Below, piece by piece: positions 10,681-18,970 of a stretch of 64,000 bases of DNA. Every line of letters starts with the position of its first letter. Within the stretch, counting starts at the first letter, position 1. Origin of the DNA: Candidatus Bathyarchaeota archaeon (GTDB lineage: Archaea; Thermoproteota; Bathyarchaeia; Hecatellales; Hecatellaceae); contig JBQPWD010000003.1 of assembly GCA_052246995.1 (NCBI GenBank), forward strand, positions 147,988 through 211,987, in the 5' to 3' direction. The notes beneath the pieces are model-generated. The model searched no databases. It was not told the DNA's origin and saw nothing but the letters and a program-made list of their open reading frames with translations. A program made the translations under genes and the position numbers.

Positions 10681-11087
10681 ATATAGCTTGTAAGAGTTTT
10701 TGTCACAATTGTCTCCAAATCTTTACCTTCAGATAAAAGCTGGTTAAATGTTAACCTGTAATATTTACCAGTATTTTCAAGTTTTTCAGGTTCTATTAAA
10801 CGCCATCCAATACCCTTTTTCTTGAATTTCGCGGCAATAAAAGGTTTTGCGCCAAACTTTTCAGAGAATCTTACAAGCTGTTTAACAGATTCGATGGTAA
10901 TGTAGATTACATTTTTTCTTGTAGATTTAACTTCAATAGCCAAGTATAGTCCTTTTCTACCCGCCACTATATCTGGCCTATCAAGTTTTGTTCCTGAACC
11001 TGAAGATGGTGCACGTAAGACAGCAAAACCTAGTTTATCAAGTTTATGTACAAGTTCCCTTTCCTCGTTTACTCCTCTCCTTAACAT
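10677..11087 (-). CDS. hjc: Holliday junction resolvase Hjc
   Basis: G...EREL, RAPSSGS, PDIVAG and IEVKS nuclease motifs. Confidence 0.92.
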   Translation of the reverse strand: MLRRGVNEERELVHKLDKLGFAVLRAPSSGSGTKLDRPDIVAGRKGLYLAIEVKSTRKNVIYITIESVKQLVRFSEKFGAKPFIAAKFKKKGIGWRLIEPEKLENTGKYYRLTFNQLLSEGKDLETIVTKTLTSYI

Positions 11088-11098
11088 CTAATAACCAC

Positions 11099-11758
11099 TC
11101 AAAGTATAGAAGAAATTATCATTAGCTCTGGACCTGTTGTTAGGGAGCCAACTAAGGCTCCATAGCTGTTTATAACTATTCCGCTAGCAATAAAAGGCAC
11201 ACCATTATTTACTGTGCCTAAAACTACGGGTAAATCAAAAAATTTTGAGACAATTTCCTCCTCCTTTTTAGATGTTTTTGGGTGAAGAATAATGCCCTTG
11301 TTGGTTACTCTCGCAACAGAGCCAACATAAGGTGAACCTGCAATCACTCCAAAACAAGCTTCAACGTCAAGTACATCCTCAACAATCTTTAGTTCCTTCT
11401 TGGTTAGGATAGGTGAAACTATAGCTTTTTTATCATTAGCTAAAACAAGATTTCCAAACGAGGTTTTTGTGCTTAAAACCTTTTCAACATTAACTTTAAG
11501 TTTTCTTTTTAAAAGAGAAACTTCATCGTCATCCACATAATGGGGCAAAATTATTCCATTAGAGTTTGCTGAGGCTAAAGCACCAATAAGCTTAGAATAA
11601 GCTAAATCCATGACAATGGATGGAGCGTTTAAAGTTTTCTCAATTTTAATAACTTTTCTTTCAGGTAAACCATTAGGTAAAATTATGAATTTATCAGTTG
11701 CAAGAGAGAAAACTCCTATGTTTGGGCTACCGAGCATATTGAAACGTAGGATTGTCAA
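11099..11758 (-). CDS. eif6: Translation initiation factor 6 (aIF6)
   Basis: GSPNIGVF, NSNG, GNLVLAND, GTVNNG, TTGPEL. Confidence 0.95.
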   Translation of the reverse strand: MTILRFNMLGSPNIGVFSLATDKFIILPNGLPERKVIKIEKTLNAPSIVMDLAYSKLIGALASANSNGIILPHYVDDDEVSLLKRKLKVNVEKVLSTKTSFGNLVLANDKKAIVSPILTKKELKIVEDVLDVEACFGVIAGSPYVGSVARVTNKGIILHPKTSKKEEEIVSKFFDLPVVLGTVNNGVPFIASGIVINSYGALVGSLTTGPELMIISSIL

Positions 11759-11907
11759 ACTAACTTTTTCACCATGCTTCCCTTAAACTTATCAACCTTA
11801 AACATTTTTCCATGTTTTCCATATTCCTGCATGTTATATAAGTGTTTACGTAAGGTTGAAAAAACTTAACATTAACTTTTAACCTCAAAAATTTAGGTGG
11901 GTTAAAG

Positions 11908-12831
11908 TTGAATGAGAACTATTATGACCTGATAATCGTAGGAACAGGTCCAGCAGGTTTATCAGCTGCAATCTACTCAGCAAGAATGGGTTTAAAAACC
12001 CTTGTTCTAGGAGAAAGTTTAGGGTCGGCTGCTGAAGCGTTAATTATAGAAAATTACCCTGGTTTTAAAAGGATATCTGGTCTTGAGCTTGTTGAAAAGA
12101 TGCATGAACAGGCGGAAGAGTTTGGCGCAATTATTCATTTACCTGAAACAGTTGTTAATCTAGATTTAAAAAATAAGATTAAGAAGGTTAAAACTGAGTC
12201 TAACGTGTACACATGTAAAGCCGTTATTATTGCAACTGGCTGCACTCATAAGAAACTTGAAGTTCCTGGAGAAGAGAAGTTTATGGGTAAAGGTGTAAGT
12301 TATTGTGTAACATGTGATGGACCTCTTTTTAAAGGTAAAAGAGTTGCTGTGGTTGGTGGAGGTAACGCTGCAACCGCAGCAGCCTTATATCTAAAGGATT
12401 TAACATCTAATGTTTTCCTTATACATAGAAGGGAAGAGCTTAGGGCTGATGAGATACTTAAGAGGAGAGTCGTAGCTGGTGGTATTACTCTGCTTTTTAA
12501 CAGTGAAGTTAAAGCTATAATTGGTGGAAACTTTGTTGAAAAAATATTGGTTTTTAACAGAAAAACGGGAGAGGAGCGCCTTCTTGATGTTGATGGAGTT
12601 TTTATTTATATTGGTGAAGTGCCTCAAAGCAGCTTGGCCAGAAAAGCTGGGGTTTTAGTTGATGAAGAAGGGTTTATAATAGTGAACAGAAAACAGGAAA
12701 CGAACATTGAAGGAGTTTATGCTGCAGGTGATGTAACAGGAAACGTTAGACAAATAGGAACTGCTGTGGGTGAGGGAATAACCGCAGCTGTAAATAGTTA
12801 CTTATATATTAGGGGTGGATGGTATAAATAA
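11908..12831 (+). CDS. trxB: Thioredoxin reductase
   Basis: GTGPAG, GVSYCVTCDG redox motif, GGGN, AAGD. Confidence 0.92.
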   Translation: MNENYYDLIIVGTGPAGLSAAIYSARMGLKTLVLGESLGSAAEALIIENYPGFKRISGLELVEKMHEQAEEFGAIIHLPETVVNLDLKNKIKKVKTESNVYTCKAVIIATGCTHKKLEVPGEEKFMGKGVSYCVTCDGPLFKGKRVAVVGGGNAATAAALYLKDLTSNVFLIHRREELRADEILKRRVVAGGITLLFNSEVKAIIGGNFVEKILVFNRKTGEERLLDVDGVFIYIGEVPQSSLARKAGVLVDEEGFIIVNRKQETNIEGVYAAGDVTGNVRQIGTAVGEGITAAVNSYLYIRGGWYK

Positions 12832-12917
12832 GGGAAAAAGTTTAAAAGTTTATATTTACTTTTCTTCAGTCTACTTTTTTAGTCGGGATGGGGACGCTTA
12901 AACTTTTGCTTCTACCA

Positions 12918-13112
12918 CTACTCTGTGACGGTTATTGCTTGAGTTGGGCATTGAACTTCACAGGCACGGCAAACAATGCAGGCGTCGTTGTTTACTACAA
13001 CTGAAACTTTTTTTCCTCCTTTTTCCTGTATTTCGAATACTGCAACAGGACAAACCTCCGCGCAAACGCCATCCCCATTACACTTTTCATAATTAACCTC
13101 CACTTTAACCAT
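12918..13112 (-). CDS. Dicluster ferredoxin
   Basis: CNGDGVC..VCP (Asp at the second ligand position) and CIVCRAC..QCP. Confidence 0.9.
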   Translation of the reverse strand: MVKVEVNYEKCNGDGVCAEVCPVAVFEIQEKGGKKVSVVVNNDACIVCRACEVQCPTQAITVTE

Positions 13113-13200
13113 TTCTTATCACACCCACAAGTTTTTTGTTCTTTTCACATGATCTCTAAAACTTAAAATGTAGATAAAGTTTTTTATTGGACATACTTAG

Positions 13201-13920
13201 CTATCTTCTGGATAAAACATCAATTTTACCATCTTTTTTTCCGACATAGACAAGGTCTGTCATGTTTAAAAACAAGCCTGTTTCAACAACCCCAGGTATA
13301 CTTTTTAATTTAAAATTGAAGGCCTCAGGGTTTTCAACAATTCCACAGTAAACATCAACAATAAAATTTCCATTATCAGTTATCGTAGGACCAACCTTAC
13401 CAGGACTCTCCCTAACCTTAACATTAAAACTTTTCTTAAGTTCTTTAAGAATGATTGGAAGAGCAAATGGTAAAACCTCGACAGGAATTGGGCTTTTAAA
13501 GCCAAGATTGTCCACAAGTTTTGTTTCATCTACAACGATAATGTATTTTTTAGATGCATACCCGATAATTTTTTCTCTTGTTAATGCTCCTCCTCCCCCT
13601 TTAACAAGGTTTAGATTTTTATCAACCTCATCGGCACCATCTATTGTTAACTCTAAACATGGGTATTCATCTAGTGTTACAATGTGAAGTCCTTCCTCTA
13701 AGGCTTTATAAAAAATCTGGTAGGATGATGGAACAACATAAACCTTTAACTCCTCTTCTTTACTCCTTTTCCCTAAAGCAGATACAACATACTCAACAGT
13801 TGTACCACTACCTAAACCAATAACCCAACCATCTTTAACATTTTTTACAGCAACCTCTGCAGCTCTTTTTTTTGCATCTTCACGCCAATTAGAAAAGTTT
13901 TTCATGAAGTTAACCTTCAA
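13201..13920 (-). CDS. rpiA: Ribose-5-phosphate isomerase A
   Basis: GLGSGTT, DGADEVD, KGGGGALTREK. Confidence 0.95.
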   Translation of the reverse strand: MKVNFMKNFSNWREDAKKRAAEVAVKNVKDGWVIGLGSGTTVEYVVSALGKRSKEEELKVYVVPSSYQIFYKALEEGLHIVTLDEYPCLELTIDGADEVDKNLNLVKGGGGALTREKIIGYASKKYIIVVDETKLVDNLGFKSPIPVEVLPFALPIILKELKKSFNVKVRESPGKVGPTITDNGNFIVDVYCGIVENPEAFNFKLKSIPGVVETGLFLNMTDLVYVGKKDGKIDVLSRR

Positions 13921-14521
13921 GCTCTATTTGTTCAAGTTTTTCAAGTTCTTTTTGTAACTCCTCTTTTAATTTTTCCAATTCTTCATCGGCTTTACTCTTT
14001 CTTGGTTGAGGTTTTTCAGTTTGAATTGGGGTTTTAGCTTCTCTGGTTGTTGTAGTAGGTGTAGTTGTGGTTGTTGGTTTAGACAGAATTTTGTGTTCAA
14101 TAAATTCTTTAGGTGTTAAGCCCAGCTTTTTTCTAACTTCCTCAATTTTGTTGTTAATCTCCATAAACTTTTCAGTAAACATTTTAACAAGCTCTACACG
14201 TGTTTCTTCAAGCTCATAAAGACTTACAATCCTCTGGTTATGTTCAATGGTATCATTAAGTTTTGAAATTTGGCCTTCATATTTTGCTAAAAGCTTTACT
14301 TTTTCCTCTTCAGTTATTCTTCCCTCGGCGGCGGCTTCGTAGATACGTGTTAAACTTTCACTTAAAATCTCTCTCTCAAGGTTTAAAATTTTAAGCTCGT
14401 TTTTAATTTTTTCGTATTCTTCGCGTGTAAGACTTTTTTCAACTTTTATACTTTCAGGTAAAACTGCTGGTTTAGGTGGTGGAGGATTTTCTTTTTTACG
14501 GAAAATAAAGCTTAGAAACAT
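13910..14521 (-). CDS. Coiled-coil hypothetical protein
   Basis: 203-aa ORF with long heptad helices, a Thr-rich linker and an acidic C-terminal helix. Confidence 0.7.
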   Translation of the reverse strand: MFLSFIFRKKENPPPPKPAVLPESIKVEKSLTREEYEKIKNELKILNLEREILSESLTRIYEAAAEGRITEEEKVKLLAKYEGQISKLNDTIEHNQRIVSLYELEETRVELVKMFTEKFMEINNKIEEVRKKLGLTPKEFIEHKILSKPTTTTTPTTTTREAKTPIQTEKPQPRKSKADEELEKLKEELQKELEKLEQIELEG

Positions 14522-14644
14522 TTATTAACACTTTAAGCTTAGGTTGGCGTTAGGTTATTAAGGGTATTAAAGTTTAAGCTGTATTTAAGTTCTCACCTAC
14601 AACTAATGGAGTAAAGTTAAGGGCAACTCTAAACTTTTAGGAAA

Positions 14645-15133
14645 TTAGTCCTCCTTAAGAAGATCTTCATAAACGCCTTTGTCAACATCTTTTTGAAATT
14701 CTTTTGGATCTTTGCCCTCAATAGTTACCCCCATACTTACACATGTTCCAGCAACTTCCTTAACAGCAGCCTTTAAACTTTTAGCATAACTTTTACTCAT
14801 CCTAATTTTAGCTATTCTCTTTACCTGTTCAATAGTTAGATTTCCAATTTTTTCACTTTTAGGTTTTCCTGAACCCTTCTCCACTCCAAGCTCTTTAACA
14901 ATCAGAGCAACTGTTGGGGGTGTTCCAACCTCAACCTCAAATTCTTTTGTGTCGATATCAACTACAACCTTTACTGGAATTTTAACACCTGCAAAATCCT
15001 TTGTTAACTCGTTAATCTTGTTAACAATAGCAACAACATTTACACCTAAAGGTCCTAGTGCAGGTCCTAGTGGTGGTCCTGCTGTTGCCTTTCCGCCACT
15101 AACTAAAGCTTCAACAACTTTTTTCTCACCCAA
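14645..15133 (-). CDS. rpl11: 50S ribosomal protein L11
   Basis: GGKATAGPPLGPALGPLG, GTCVSMG. Likely TTG start at 15133. Confidence 0.96.
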   Translation of the reverse strand: MGEKKVVEALVSGGKATAGPPLGPALGPLGVNVVAIVNKINELTKDFAGVKIPVKVVVDIDTKEFEVEVGTPPTVALIVKELGVEKGSGKPKSEKIGNLTIEQVKRIAKIRMSKSYAKSLKAAVKEVAGTCVSMGVTIEGKDPKEFQKDVDKGVYEDLLKED

Positions 15134-15683
15134 CTTTTTTCTCACCTTCACCTTTACTTACAAGTCTTACATGGTCTGCACGTATTGTTATTGGAAAGGT
15201 TATTGTTGCCTCTAAAAGTTCAAGAGTAACCTCATTTTTAGGTTTATCAATTCTCGTAACCTTGGCTCTCATACCTTTAAACGGTCCGCTTACAACTTCA
15301 ACAACATCTTCAAGGTTAAGCTCTTCGATGGTTGGTTTAACAATTAAAAACTTCTCAACATCGGATATATTAACTATCCCCGGAAGTCTTTGTTTAACAT
15401 GTTTTATTCCTGAGGCAACTTCATCCACAAAATGTGGCCCGGCGGCCTCAATAAAGATACATCCTTTTATTCTATCCATTGTTAATATAGCATAAATTGG
15501 AAGTTTTTGTGATGAAGCCCTAACAAGTACAAGGTTTGCAACATTGTTTTCCTGTCCGCTTGTTGTTTTAACTACGTAAATCTGGCTTTTCTTAACTTGA
15601 ACTTCTTTGGCACTTTCTACTGTAGATTTTTCAACTTCTCCAATTTTTTCTTCTTCTGGTTTTATTTTTTCTTCCTCATTCAT
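15126..15683 (-). CDS. spt5: Transcription elongation factor Spt5 (NusG)
   Basis: NGN domain (VKTTSGQE) and KOW (VVSGPFKG). Lies in the secE-spt5-L11 gene order. Confidence 0.95.
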   Translation of the reverse strand: MNEEEKIKPEEEKIGEVEKSTVESAKEVQVKKSQIYVVKTTSGQENNVANLVLVRASSQKLPIYAILTMDRIKGCIFIEAAGPHFVDEVASGIKHVKQRLPGIVNISDVEKFLIVKPTIEELNLEDVVEVVSGPFKGMRAKVTRIDKPKNEVTLELLEATITFPITIRADHVRLVSKGEGEKKVG

Positions 15684-15686
15684 TTT

Positions 15687-15869
15687 TTACCATCCAATTA
15701 ACCCTATTACTGACGAGATAAGCCTAATTATGAAGCCTAAAACTCCTATTACAACAATACCTAAAAAACATATACGGAGTAGTAGGAAAAACTCTGATCT
15801 TCTGGGTTTTGTTGCAGACTTAAGGACTTTAATGCTTGAAGAGAATAATGATTTAAGCCTTGACAACAT
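15687..15869 (-). CDS. secE: Protein translocase SecE/Sec61 gamma
   Basis: VLK.ATKP...EF plus one TM helix, and synteny. ATG at 15869 follows SD GGAGG. Confidence 0.9.
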   Translation of the reverse strand: MLSRLKSLFSSSIKVLKSATKPRRSEFFLLLRICFLGIVVIGVLGFIIRLISSVIGLIGW

Positions 15870-15907
15870 AACCTCCCCGTCTGAAACCAATAATTCAAGG
15901 TGCACCT

Positions 15908-16678
15908 TTAAAGGTTTATGTTAAGGTTAAAAACTTCTACGGCATTTTTAACAGTTTTTTCCCCAACTTCAAAAAAACTCGCTTTCTTTATTTCAGCGAT
16001 TTTTTCGATAACAATTTTAACATTTTGAGGAACATTTCTTCTGTTATCCGGAGCAAGAAAGGGTGAATCAGTTTCGGTTAAAATTTTTTCTAGAGGTATA
16101 TCCTTAACGGCTTTTTTAATATCTTTGCTTTTGATGATGTTTGGTGCTACTGAGATGTAGTATCCTTTTTTGGCTATTTCGTATGCAAGTTTACGTTTAC
16201 CTGTAAAGCAGTGAAAAACTGCTTTTTCAACTTTGTTATCTAAAACAATCTTAAAACCATCTTCTAACGCATTTCTAAAATGAAGAATAACTGGTAAGTC
16301 TAAATCTTCAGCTAAACCTAAAAATTTTTTAAAAACATTTTTTGTTCTTATAACCTCATTTTGGCTTTTAATCCAATGGTAATCTAATCCCACCTCACCT
16401 ATACCCACAATTTTTTCCTTATTTTTTCTGATAAAGTGGACGTAATCATCTATTTGAGTATCTGACAACTCTGAAACATGTATGGGATGAAGCCCTAAGC
16501 TTACATGTATAAAATTCGGATATTTAGACTTTAAGTTTAAAGCTTTTTCAGCATCCTTAGGCTCAACTCCACTTATAATAACAGCTTTTAAAGCTTTTTC
16601 AGCATCCTTAATAACATCATCTCTATCTCTATCATAGTCTTTAAATGTAAGGTGGCAATGAATATCGATCATCTTCAA
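15908..16678 (-). CDS. tatD: TatD family hydrolase
   Basis: DIHCHL, GLHP, GEVGLDY, FHCF, ETDSPF. Confidence 0.93.
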   Translation of the reverse strand: MKMIDIHCHLTFKDYDRDRDDVIKDAEKALKAVIISGVEPKDAEKALNLKSKYPNFIHVSLGLHPIHVSELSDTQIDDYVHFIRKNKEKIVGIGEVGLDYHWIKSQNEVIRTKNVFKKFLGLAEDLDLPVILHFRNALEDGFKIVLDNKVEKAVFHCFTGKRKLAYEIAKKGYYISVAPNIIKSKDIKKAVKDIPLEKILTETDSPFLAPDNRRNVPQNVKIVIEKIAEIKKASFFEVGEKTVKNAVEVFNLNINL

Positions 16679-16746
16679 TCTAAACCCAGTTTGAATGTGT
16701 TAAACTTTCTTTTTTGCTGGAAATGTAAGGTTAGACAAGGTTTCAA

Positions 16747-16836
16747 GGGGTGTCGCCTGGATAACTAACACTTAGTATCATTGTCGGGCTTTACGCCCAC
16801 CTCCGCTAAGCTCTCTTGTACCAGGCATTTTACCCC
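16747..16836 (-). ncRNA. Candidate single-hairpin box H/ACA guide sRNA
   Basis: On the minus strand: GCCUGG/CCAGGC lower stem followed by gACAccc, a 10x10 internal pocket, CUUAG/CUAAG upper stem, K-turn (GGA / AAUGA) and apical GGGC-GUAAA-GCCC. Confidence 0.7.
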
Positions 16837-16981
16837 TTTCTTGCTAAACTATTAATCTACAGCACTTCCTATTAAGGAATATTTAAGCCTAAGGAAAAAA
16901 TTGGTTATTTTTAAAATAAAAGGTTAATTGATACCCTTACACTTTACTTAATTAATGTTGTAGGCTATGGGGGTATTTTAG

Positions 16982-18097
16982 GTGGATGTAGATTCAAGGT
17001 TGAGGCTTGTGGAAAGAAACTTGGAGGAGATTGTAACTAGGGAGGAGCTACGTATACTTTTAGAGTGTGAATCTAAGCCTAAAGCTTATTGGGGTTTTGA
17101 ACCTTCTGGATAGCGGTTAAACCTTAATGGTTTACCGCCCAGAGTAATGCATATAGGTACTGGACTTGTTTGTGGTTATAAGATTTTAGATATGGTTGAA
17201 GCTGGGTTTGATTTTACTATTTTTCTTGCCGATTGGCATGCCTGGATAAATGATAAGTTCAACGGGGATATGGACGCCATTAGAGAATGTGGAAGATACT
17301 TTATCAAAGCATTCTCATCCATAGGTTTGACACCTGGAAAGGTTAAATATGTTTGGGCTTCAGAGCTTCTGGAAAATCCGGAATATTGGGATATGGTTTT
17401 AACTGTTGCAAAAAAGGTTAAGATTTCAAGGGTTCTTAGGGCCCTTCCTATTATGGGTAGAGATTTGAATCAAAAAGATGTTGAAACAGCATGGTTGTTT
17501 TATCCTTGCATGCAGGTTACGGATATTTTTAGACTGGATGTTGATTGTGCATGCGCAGGAATGGATCAGCGTAAGGCTCATATGCTTGCAAGGGATGTTG
17601 CAGAAAAGATTAAAAGAAAAAAACCTATTTGTCTTCACACCCACCTTTTAGCTGGGCTTTCTGGTCCAGCGGAAAAGCATGAAGAAGTGGTTTATGATGA
17701 AGATGAAACATTAAACGTTCAAATTGGAACAAAGATGTCTAAAAGTAAACCTCAAAACTGTATATTTATCCATGACAAACCTGAGGAAATTAGGAGGAAG
17801 ATTCTAGCTGCTTATTGTCCTTCAAGAGAGGTTTTTGGTAATCCTGTTATGGAGATTGCAAAATACATTATTTTTCCTAAGGAAGGAAAGCTAATTGTTG
17901 AAAGAGAGGAAAAGTATGGTGGTAAAATTGAGTTTACAAGTATTAGTGAGCTTGAAAGAGTGTACATGAATGGTAAACTTCATCCATTAGACTTAAAAAA
18001 TAGCGTTGCTGAAGCGTTGATAAGGATACTTAACCCCGTAAGAAAGTATTTTGAGGGTAAGGAAGAGTTGATTGAAAAAATTAGAATGTTTCAATAG
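16982..18097 (+). CDS. tyrS: Tyrosyl-tRNA synthetase, split by an intron: join(16982..17111,17145..18097), 360 aa
   Basis: Exon 1 MDVDSRLRLVERNLEEIVTREEL...AYWGFEPSG. Exon 2 MHIG...ADWHA...YPCMQ..D...GMDQRKAH...KMSKS...LHPLDLK. Confidence 0.93.
17112..17144 (+). other. 33-nt bulge-helix-bulge (BHB) pre-mRNA intron in tyrS
   Basis: CTGG/CCAG 4-bp central helix, 3-nt bulges ATA and AGT, intron stem GCGG-T-TAAACC/GGTTTA-CCGC. Removal deletes an in-frame TAG and restores FEPSGLMHIG. Confidence 0.88.
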
Positions 18098-18116
18098 TGA
18101 TTTTACCACTTTTTAA

Positions 18117-18925
18117 CTAAGATTCGTCTAAACTCTTCTTAATCGCTTTTTTCTCAGGTTGAGGAACTGGAGAACTATATTCAACCATATAAGGTGTTGG
18201 ATATCTTAATCCTCCATGACACGTATACTCTAAGCCTTCAATAATTTTTGGTAAAGCTTCAATGTGAAAAACTGCCGCAGTCTCATCATCACCAGCAAGT
18301 CCTTGATATCTTTCCCCGTAGCCTGGTAAGATAAGCTGGGCTTTTCTTGTTTTGTAACATTTAGACAATGCTCTACATCCTACAAGGCTTGTAAGTTTAG
18401 CTTCAATAAAAGGTGATTCTTCATCAGTATAAGCAATACCACTAATAAGCCTGTTTATTTGAGCTCCATCCCCATAAACAACAACTAAGTCAGGTTTGAT
18501 GGTGGTTCTTTCAATTGGTGAAATAACAATATTTGTAAAACTTCCAGGTGGAAGAGAATCCTCCTCAACAATGCTTACTAATTTTCTTGCAACCTCTTCA
18601 GACTTGAAGAACCTCCAGCCAACAAGAAATTCTTTTATAAGTATTTCTTTACTCTCGCTCCAAACATCCTTACCGTATTTTGCAAGTCCAAACACAACAA
18701 CACCTAAACATGGTATATTTTGTTTGTCAATAACATATGTTCTTCCAGTTCTTCTTGAAAGTAGCATTGCTCTACAAAAAACAAAGCAAGCTGAAGGTTT
18801 GTAGGCTTTTTCCGGTATAGGTTCCCGCTTTTAACAAATTTTATAGCTAGGGGGAAGGTTTTTGGTCTGAGGTAAAAACTTAAACGTGAACCTAACTCCC
18901 TAATCTTTTCAACTTCGCTTGACAT
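18117..18925 (-). pseudogene. DUF169 family protein, frameshifted
   Basis: The N-terminus (LRPKTFPLAIKF) and C-terminus (PDLVVVYGDGAQ) are in different frames. Adding one G at the GGG run near 18825 gives KSGEPIPEKAYKP...FCRAM. Confidence 0.7.
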
Positions 18926-18970
18926 TTCTTACATCCTCCTCTAAAATTTATTTTTCTTATTTACTTTAGG

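Noticed and set aside
14040-14080. ACA/ACT-rich repeat tract
   Set aside because: It encodes a Thr-rich linker and is not a DNA repeat element
16778-16828. 16-codon minus-strand mini-ORF MPGTRELSGGGRKARQ
   Set aside because: It coincides with the H/ACA-like structure and has no protein features
17111-17146. Pyrrolysine or amber readthrough of the tyrS TAG, with the hairpin acting as a PYLIS-like element
   Set aside because: Readthrough would insert 11 residues directly before the HIGH motif. The exact BHB geometry and clean restoration by splicing explain the sequence better, and there are no pyl genes in the window
17147-18097. 316-aa ORF as a complete TyrRS, or tyrS as a pseudogene
   Set aside because: It lacks the first Rossmann strand (YWGFEPSG), which is present and undegraded upstream
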